Assembly (NCBI RefSeq): GCF_009914755.1 | Contig: NC_060944.1 | Length of the DNA stretch: 64,000 nt | Strand: one strand, 5' to 3' | DNA from: the human T2T-CHM13v2.0 reference genome, Homo sapiens | Part shown: piece after piece, positions 51,889-64,000 of the stretch | How positions within the stretch are numbered: the first letter of the stretch is position 1 | How the letters are laid out: each line of letters starts with the position of its first letter | Notes under the pieces: model-generated | What the model was told of the DNA's origin: nothing | The model's input: the letters and a program-made list of their open reading frames with translations, nothing else | Databases searched by the model: none | Translations under genes and position numbers: made by a program

Positions 51889-53069
51889 GTGACTGTCTTT
51901 TAGAAAGAAAAAGAAGAATCTAGTCTATTGCTAAGGAAAATGCTGCTTTTGCAGTAGGAAAGGCATGGAACAGGAACCAAAAAGGCCGTTCAGATTGGCC
52001 AGATGTATTGCTGCTAGTTGATGCTATTTATGGGAAAGGAGATTGCAAGGCAGAGGGCTCCAGAAAAAGTTAACTTCTGGTTACAGAGAAATGCAAGTGA
52101 ATGAAATAATTTTTCGTTCTCAGGGAAACTTCCTGTTTTCTTTGGAAGATGTTAATTGTTCACACCTTTCAAACTGGGTGGGGTGAATTTGGAGTGGCTG
52201 GGGGTACTTTTGAGTCCTAGCAGCCCTTCATTAGACAGCTGTTTGGGGGAGATATTTCTGAGTGCCCAACCCACCCCCGCCCCCCCAAGAATAAAACAGA
52301 TGGGGAGGGAAAGACCTTGATTCTTGGTTCTCTTGAGCTTTATAACATTCCAGGTCACCTGTATCTTTGCCAGTGATGGCGTGTTAGATTACAGCACAAA
52401 AGGCTTCTAGATTGCCATCACCTTGTTCCTTGATATGCTGCCTTTGAGGTCTCTTTTGCTACTTGGAAACCAAGTAGCAAAAGCAAAATGACGTTGAATG
52501 GGCTGGTTCACATCTCTTAGGACTCTTTGCATGGCTCTGAACATGCAGAAGATGATTACTAAATATTTAATTGACTTTTCAGACTGAACCTCTCATGGGA
52601 GTTAATGAGGCAATCAATTAAAAATTAAAAGAAAATTTAAAGGAATTTCCTAAGAAGCAGGTACTTTGCTTTTTCCTTACAGAAAAGAACTGCAGGCCAA
52701 ACATCCTCTATCAGGCTATCAGGAATATAGAAGGTGATGAAGTCATAGAATCATAAAAAGTTGGAACAGTGTCCAGGGGTTTTACCAGAAACCCATGAAC
52801 TTCTAGTCCTTGATTCTCTGTGTATTGGAATATTTTTTCCGAGATCAGTATCTGTAGCTTTGATAAGTTTCTCAGAGGGATTTGTGACACCCTCCCCAAG
52901 ATTAAAAATTGCTGATCTGTCTGCTTACCCACATACCTGGTGCCAGAATCCGCTCTGCATAATTCTTACCTTAGCCCACTTTCTGCACATCTTCTGTGGA
53001 ACTCATCCCAGTATTTTCAGAGGCAACCCATTTCCTTCACTTCTTAAAATATAAATGAATATATGTCTT

Positions 53070-54010
<941 letters not shown>

Positions 54011-54013
54011 GAT

Positions 54014-55775
54014 TCTAGTGGGTGTGTGGTGGTACCTCACTGTGGTTTTGGTTTGCGTTTTCCTATTGACAAATGATATTAAATATATTTTATGCTTATT
54101 AGTCATTCATATATCTTCTTTGGTGAATTTCTGTACAAATCTCTTGTCCATTTTTAAATCGGATTGTCATTTTCTTATTAAGTTTTAAGTGTTCTTTGTA
54201 TATTCTGGATATAAGTTCCTTATCAGGTATGTGATTTGCAAAGAATTTTCCACTAGTCTTTGGCCCATCTTTTCATTTTCTTAGTGGTATCTTTGGAAGT
54301 GTAAAAGTTTTTAAATTTTTATGAAATTTAATTTATTATAATTTTTTTAATGGATTCTGGTTTTGGTGTTGTATCTAAGACATTTTTGCCTAACCCAAGA
54401 TCACAATGATTTCTTATTTTTTCCGTATAGAGGTTTTTGAGTTTTAGCTTTTTTGTTTAGTTCTGTGATCCATTTTGACTTAATTTTTGTGTGTATGTTC
54501 TGAGGTTCCATGTGCATATGGCTACCCAGTGGTCCAAGCACTATGTTTTGAAAAGACTTATGTTTCTCTATTGAATTTGCCTTGTCAGCTTTGTTGAAAA
54601 TCAATTTAGTATAAATGTAAAGATTTATTTATAGACTTTTAATTATTTTCCACTGATCTTTATGCATATTCTTACCACACTGTCTTGATATTGTAGCTTT
54701 ATAATATGTTTAGAAATTATGTAGTATAAGTCCTCCAATTACGTTTTTAAGGTTGTCTTAGATGTTCTGGGTCCTTTGTATTTCCATATAAATGCTAGAA
54801 TCAGCTTGTCAGTTTCTACAGAAAAACCTGCTGGAATTTTGATAAGGATTGCATTGAATCTATAGATCAATTTGGAGAGAACTGACATCCTGACAATATT
54901 GAGTCTTCTAGTCCATGAACATGGAATATCTCCGCAATTACCTTTGTTCATTTCTCAGCAATTTCAGAATTTTCAATATACAAGTCCTTTTAAAAATATA
55001 TATTCCTAAATATTTTATTCTTTTTGATACTAAGTGGTGCGTTTTTTTTTTTTTTTTTTTAGTTTTAGTTTTGGATTGTTGTTGCTAGTATGTGGAAATA
55101 CAATTAATTTTTCTATATTGATCTTATAGTCTGACCTTGGTTAACTTGTTTATTAGTTCTAGTAGTTGTTTTGTGTATTCCTTAGGATTTTCTAGATACA
55201 CAATCATGTGATCCGCAACTAAAAGCACTTTTTGCTTATTTCTTTTAATTTTTTCCCCTATGCTTCTTCAGGGATGCCCTTAATTATTAATGTGTTTGCT
55301 TTAGTGCAGTGACTTATAGTATAGTGTTGAATGGAAATGGCAAGAGTAGGCATCCTTGCCTTGTTCCTGATCTTAGGGGAAATAATTCAGTTTTTCACTA
55401 CTGAGTATGATGTTGGCTGTGGATTTTTCATAGCTGCCCTTTATCTGATTGAGGAAGTTCCCTTCTAGTCCTAAATTGTTGAGAGTTTTAATGATGAATA
55501 TGTTGGATTTTGTCAACAGCTTTTTCTACATCTATTATGATGATCATATGATTTTTGTCCTTTATTCTGTTTATCTGGTGTATTATATTAATTGATTTTC
55601 AAATATTAAGCCAACCTGGGATAAACACCACTTGGTCATGATGTATAAACCTAGATTCAATTTTCTAATATTTTGTTAAGAATTTTTTCATCTGTTCATC
55701 ATCATCATGAACACACAGGATAGTTGTCCGTAGTTTCCTTTTCTTGTGATGTCTTTGCCTGGCTTTGGCACGTGG
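54014..55775 (-). mobile_element. Degenerate L1M ORF2 3' region
   Basis: Minus-strand ORF DIPCSWTRRLNIVRMSVLSKLIYRFNAILIKIP...FIWK is homologous to L1 ORF2. Confidence 0.88.
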
Positions 55776-55842
55776 TTTTTAAAAATTTATTTAGACAAGT
55801 GAAAAAAGGCTATACATAAACTACATAAACCCGCTGTGCCTC

Positions 55843-57868
55843 TTTTTTTTTTTATTTTTCTTTTTTTTTTTTTATTGATCATTCTTGGGTGTTTCTCACA
55901 GAGGGGGATTTGGCAGGATCATAGGACAATAGTGGAGGGAAGGTCAGCAGATAAACAAGTGAACAAAGGTCTCTGGTTTTCCTAGGCAGAGGACCCTGCG
56001 GCCTTCTGCAGCGTTTGTGTCCCTGGGTACTTGAGATTAGGGAGTGGTGATGACTCTTAATGAGCATGCTGCCTTCAAGCATCTGTTTAACAAAGCACAT
56101 CTTGCACCGCCCTTAATCCATTTAACTCTGAGTGGACACAGCACATGTTTCAGAGAGCACAGGGTTGGGGGTAAGGTCACAGATCAACAGGATCCCAAGG
56201 CAGAAGAATTTTTCTTAGTACAGAACAAAATGAAAAGTCTCCCATGTCTACTTCTTTCTACACAGACACGGCAACCATCCGATTTCTCGATCCCTTCCCC
56301 ACCCCTCCCGCCTCTCCATTCCACAAAGCCGCCACTGTCATCCTGGCCCGCTCTCAATGAGCTGTTGGGCACACCTCCCAGACGGGGTGGTGGCCGGGCA
56401 GAGGGGCTCCTCACTTCCCAGTAGGGGCGGCCGGGCAGAGGCGCCCCTCACCTCCTGGACGGGGCGGCTGGCCGGGCGGGGGGCTGAACCCCCCACCTCC
56501 CTCCCGGACGGGGCAGCTGGCCGGGCGGGGGGCTGACCCCCCCACCTCCCTCCCGGACGGGGCGGCTGGCCGGGCGGGGGGCTGACCCCCCCCAGCTCCC
56601 TCCCGGACGGGGCGGCTGGCAGGGCGGGGGGCTGACCCCCCCACCTCCCTCCCGGACAGGGTGGCTGGCCGGGCGGGGGGCTGACCCCCCCACCTCCCTC
56701 CGGGACGGGGCAGCTGGCCAGGCAGAGGGGCTCCTCACTTCCCAGTAGGGGTGGCCGGGCAGAGGCGCCCCTCACCTCCCAGACGGGGCAGCTGGCCGGG
56801 CGGGGGGGGTGACCCCCCCACCTCCCTCCCGGACGGGGCGGCTGGCCGGGCCGGGGGCTGATGCCCCCACCTCCCTCCCGGACGGGGCGGCTGGCCTGGC
56901 GGGGGGCTGACCCCCCCCACCTCCCTCCCGGACGGGGTGGCTGCCGGGCGGAGATGCTCCTCACTTCCCAGACGGGGTGGCTGCCGGGCGGAGAGGCTCC
57001 TCACTTCTCAGACGGGGGTGCTGCCGGGCGGAGAGGCTCCTCACTTCTCATACGGGGCGGCTGCCGGGCGGAGGGTCTCCTCACTTCTCAGACGGGGCGG
57101 CCAGGCAGAGACGCTCCTCACCTCCCAGACGGGGTGGCGGCCGGGCAGAGGCGCTCCTCACATCCCAGACGATGGGCGGCTGGGCAGAGACGCTCCTCAC
57201 TTCCTAGATGTGATGGCGTCCGGGAAGAGGCGCTCCTCACTTCCCAGATGGGATGGCGGCCGGGCAGAGACGCTCCTCACTTTCCAGACTGGGCAGCCAG
57301 GCAGAGGGGCTCCTCACATCCCAGACGATGGGTGGCCAGGCAAAGATGCTCCTCACTTCCCAGACGGGGTGGCGGCTGGGCAGAGGCTGCAATCTCGGCA
57401 CTTTGGGAGGCCAAGACAGGCGGCTGGGAGGTGGAGGTTGTAGCGAGCCGAGATCACGCCACTTCACTCCAGCCTGGGCGCCATTGAGCACTGAGTGAAC
57501 CAGACTCCGTCTGCAATCCCGGCACCTCGGGAGGCCGAGGCTGGTAGATCACTCGCGGTTAGGAGCTGGAGACCAGCCCGGCCAACACAGCGAAACCCCG
57601 TCTCCACCAAAAAAATACGAAAACCAGTCAGGCGTGGCGGCGCGCGCCTGCAATTGCAGGCACTCCGCAGGCTGAGGCAGGAGAATCAGGCAGGGAGGTT
57701 GCAGTGAGCCGAGATGGCAGCAGTATAGTCCAGCTTCGGCTCGGCATGAGAGGGAGACCATGAGGAGAGGGAGAGGGGGAGGGGGGGAGGGGGAGGGGGG
57801 AGGGGGGGAGGGGGAGAGGGGGAGGGGGGAGGGGGAGAGGGAGAGGGGGGGAGGGGGAGAGGGAGAGG
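55843..57868 (-). mobile_element. Full-length SVA retrotransposon (probably SVA_D-like), antisense in TM9SF4 intron 1
   Basis: On + strand: poly-T, TTTATT (reverse AATAAA, 55871), SINE-R ~55876-56370, GC-rich VNTR ~56370-57390, Alu-like ~57390-57760, degenerate (AGAGGG)n 57761-57868; cttttttttt on both flanks as probable TSD. Confidence 0.95.
56370..57390. repeat. SVA VNTR (35-50 bp GC-rich units such as cccccacctccctcccggacggggcggctggccgggcggggggctga)
   Basis: Tandem imperfect units visible directly. Confidence 0.9.
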
Positions 57869-58464
57869 CTTTTTTTTTTCTACGTAATAGCTTATGTTGG
57901 CAGTACTTCAGTAACAGTTCTACCTTCTATGTAAGTATATATCACTAAATTACCCTCCCTAAAGACTGTACCAGTTTACCTACATCTAGGCTAATCATAC
58001 TTTTTAAAGCTTTATAACTCTGTTAAGCAAAAAATGAGATATTATTTTGACCTACAGTTTTTAAATTATGAATGATGCTGAGCATCTTTTTGTGTTTGGC
58101 CATTTGAGCTTTTTTTTTTTAACTGCCCATTCGTATTTCTTTTGGATTATTTGTCCTTTATCAGTTTCTAAGTGTCCTTGTATATTGAAGAAAGTAGTTC
58201 TTGGTCAAGTATGTTAAATGTTTTTACCTAAACTCTTTTTCTTTCTCTTTGGTGTATTTTTTCATTTTTTTCCCTTATACATTTATATATACATTTTCTT
58301 TATACCTTCTGGATTTTGCTTTATTCTTAGGAAACTTTCCCTGAAGATTATTTAAAAGCATATCCATATTTTCTTCTAATACTTCTATTTTAATTATACT
58401 TGTAAGTCTTTTATGTTCTTTTCACCAGTATCAAACACTTTGGATAGCTCTCTAGCTCACGTGT

Positions 58465-61687
<3,223 letters not shown>

Positions 61688-63094
61688 GTTGAACTAATTT
61701 CTGTCCTGGTTTGAACATGGGCTTTGGGCTCAACCAGGCTAAATCCTGTTTAATCCTAATATTGTTCACTGCTAATCCTGAGAGCCTGTCTGACTCTCAG
61801 TTTCCTCATCTGTGAAATGGGAATAATAAGAGTCCCTACCTCATAGGATTGTTTTCATTGAGTTATTCCATGGACAGAACCTAGAATTGTGCTTAGCACA
61901 TAATTAGCATTCAATACATGTTAGCTGCCATTGTTATGAACATCATCGTTACAGTCTCCTCATTTGTAATGCAATTCATCTGCTTGAAAAGAGCATCCTT
62001 GTTCCTCCACTTTCTGGCTGGATGGGCAAGTTACTTAACTTCTGGGTCTCTGGGTCTCAGATTAACACCATCTGCGAAATGGTGACCAAAATCTCCAGGT
62101 ACCTGTAGTTGTGAGGATACCACAAATCAATGTTTGTCAGTGCCTAGCAGGGCGCAGGGACTTGGTAAGTGGAAAGAAGGAACCCGGTCTGTCACTGTGC
62201 CTTGTGCTTAGGAGGTGCTCAGTGACTCTGGCTTCTTGTTGTTTTTTGGTGTTGTTTTCCTGTTCGGGCATTCTTGTTGTGTCTTTTTGTTTTTGTTTTT
62301 TTATGTGTATACTTGCTCCATTGGTTTGAGACTGGAACAAAAGTGTATTGAAGTCTTTCAGGATTTGCTTTTCATTCCTCTGCAACCTGAGCTTCGCAGA
62401 GAGCCCTTGAGTTCCCTAGGGTGGTGTCTCTCAACTAAATCTGGAGGATTCTGTTTCAAAAGAAGGTAGAACTGCAGTAACTGCTTAGACTTAATTGGCT
62501 TGATAACCAGAGGAGATTGTGATCCCCTGCACTGGTTTCAAATCACGTATCAGATGAGACAAAAAGGTCTGGTGTCCAGCTTCTTAGGAGACATTCAGAA
62601 CACAGGTTATTAATGAGCAAGAAATAATGATAATCATACTTACATATAAGGGTTGTGGCTAACTGCTTATTAATGCTTTCAAATTCATGTTCTTTTTTGA
62701 GTTCCACTTCTACCACATGAATCCATCCTAGTAAATGAGGACACAGCCCAGCAAAGTTGAAGTTGATTGCCCAGTGCTGCACAGCTGAGGGGAGGGTATA
62801 ACTCCCTGGCCTTATTTTGGGGCCCCAGGCTCAGTGCTTTCCCTAGCATATGATAGCCACCCCATTATTGGTTGTCAAGATGCAGTTTTAAATCTAGTCA
62901 AAGAGAAATACAGACCACTACATCCCTTCTGAGAGGTTTGTATCATCTGGGATAGACACTTCTACCTAAGCAGTGGTTTTTGACCCTGACTGCACTTTAG
63001 GATGACCTAGAGCAGTGCTGCTTAAACTTTAACTCAGGGAACTTGCTGAAATGCAGGTTCTAGGGTAGGGCCCGTGATTCTGCATTTCTTTTCT

Positions 63095-63440
63095 TTTTTA
63101 AAATAAAATTTAGGAGGTACCAAGTGCAGCTTTGTTACATGGGTAGATTGGGTAGTGGGGAAGTCTGGGCTTTTAATGTAACCATCCCCCGAATAATGTA
63201 CATTGTATGCAGTAAGTAATTTCTCATCCGTCACCACCCCTACCCTTCAGAGCCTCCAATGTTATTATTCCACACTGTGTGTCCATGTGTACACATTATT
63301 TAGCTCCCACTTATAAGCAAGGACATGCAGTATTTGACGTTGTTTCTGAGTTGTTTCACGTAAGATAATAGTCTCCAGTTTCATCCATGTTGCTGCAAAA
63401 GACATGATTTTATTCTTTTTTATGGCTGAAGAGTATTCCA

Positions 63441-63474
<34 letters not shown>
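63095..63474 (-). mobile_element. L1 (L1P/L1MA) 3' end followed by (TG)n
   Basis: Minus ORF MEYSSAIKKNKIMSFAATWMKLETIIL is the classic L1 3' signature. Confidence 0.85.
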
Positions 63475-63477
<3 letters not shown>

Positions 63478-63858
63478 CATTTATACAGTGTCCCAAGTCC
63501 TAGGTCTCCCTGAAGGCTTAGAAAGAAAAGGTGGGAGGTGCTGCTGGAAAGGCACTGGGGCCGGTGGGTGGAAGTTCCTCCATACCAAGCTAGGATTACT
63601 CTAACCTCAGTGTTCAGAACAGTGATGTTTTCTTTTGCCTCATTTATTATTTAAGTGGCATACATACTATATAATCATCTAAGAAAATTAGAAAATATAG
63701 ATACACAAAAAAGGAAAAAAGCTCATCACTAAGACATTTTGCCTCCTAAATATTTTTCCAAAGATTAAAAAAAAAAGGAATCCTGCCACACAGTGTTCTA
63801 GCTCCTGCTTTTACTATGTAAATCTAAAGCTTGAACATTCCTACTCAAGAAATGTATC

Positions 63859-64000
63859 GGCCAGGTGCAGTGACTCACACTTATATCTCAGCACTTTGGG
63901 AGGCTGAGGCGGGAGGATTGCTTGAGCCCAGAAGTTTGGGACCAGCCTGGGTAATATAAGGAGACACTATATTTACAAAAAATCAAAAAAATTGCGGTGC
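63859..64000 (+). mobile_element. Alu left arm, cut by the window edge
   Basis: Alu consensus match. Confidence 0.85.

Noticed and set aside
54739-54951. L1 ORF2-like peptide
   Set aside because: Short fragment of a heavily decayed L1; not an intact reverse transcriptase
56044-57948. Long Pro/Gly/Arg-rich ORFs (up to 208 aa) and a regular repeat array that superficially resembles CRISPR
   Set aside because: This is the SVA VNTR, Alu-like and hexamer region; there are no unique spacers or cas genes and the DNA is eukaryotic

Overview
Human genomic DNA (primate Alu/SVA content; from memory chr20q11.21). It holds 12 coding exons of HCK (Src-family tyrosine kinase, exons 2-13, + strand, 6299-~36460). 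I spliced them by hand at GT/AG boundaries into a 1518-nt CDS: the 505-aa p59 form, MGCMKSKF...QYQQQP. About 8 kb downstream on the same strand are the CpG-rich promoter and first coding exon of TM9SF4 (MATAM|gtgagt, 44395-44409), then about 19.6 kb of its intron 1, which carries a full-length antisense SVA (55843-57868). The rest is dense in Alu, L1, L2, MIR, MLT1, MER5/MER33 and MADE1 remnants plus microsatellites. I found no convincing novel gene system. Best leads: (1) HCK exons 7-9 form a phase-symmetric, stop-free 483-nt block bracketed by inverted Alus and complementary MADE1 arms, a circRNA/skipping candidate; (2) a miR-548-like MADE1 hairpin; (3) a possible poison exon in the antisense SVA; (4) several nested or inverted Alu structures. 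Repeat boundaries and subfamilies were called by eye and are approximate.
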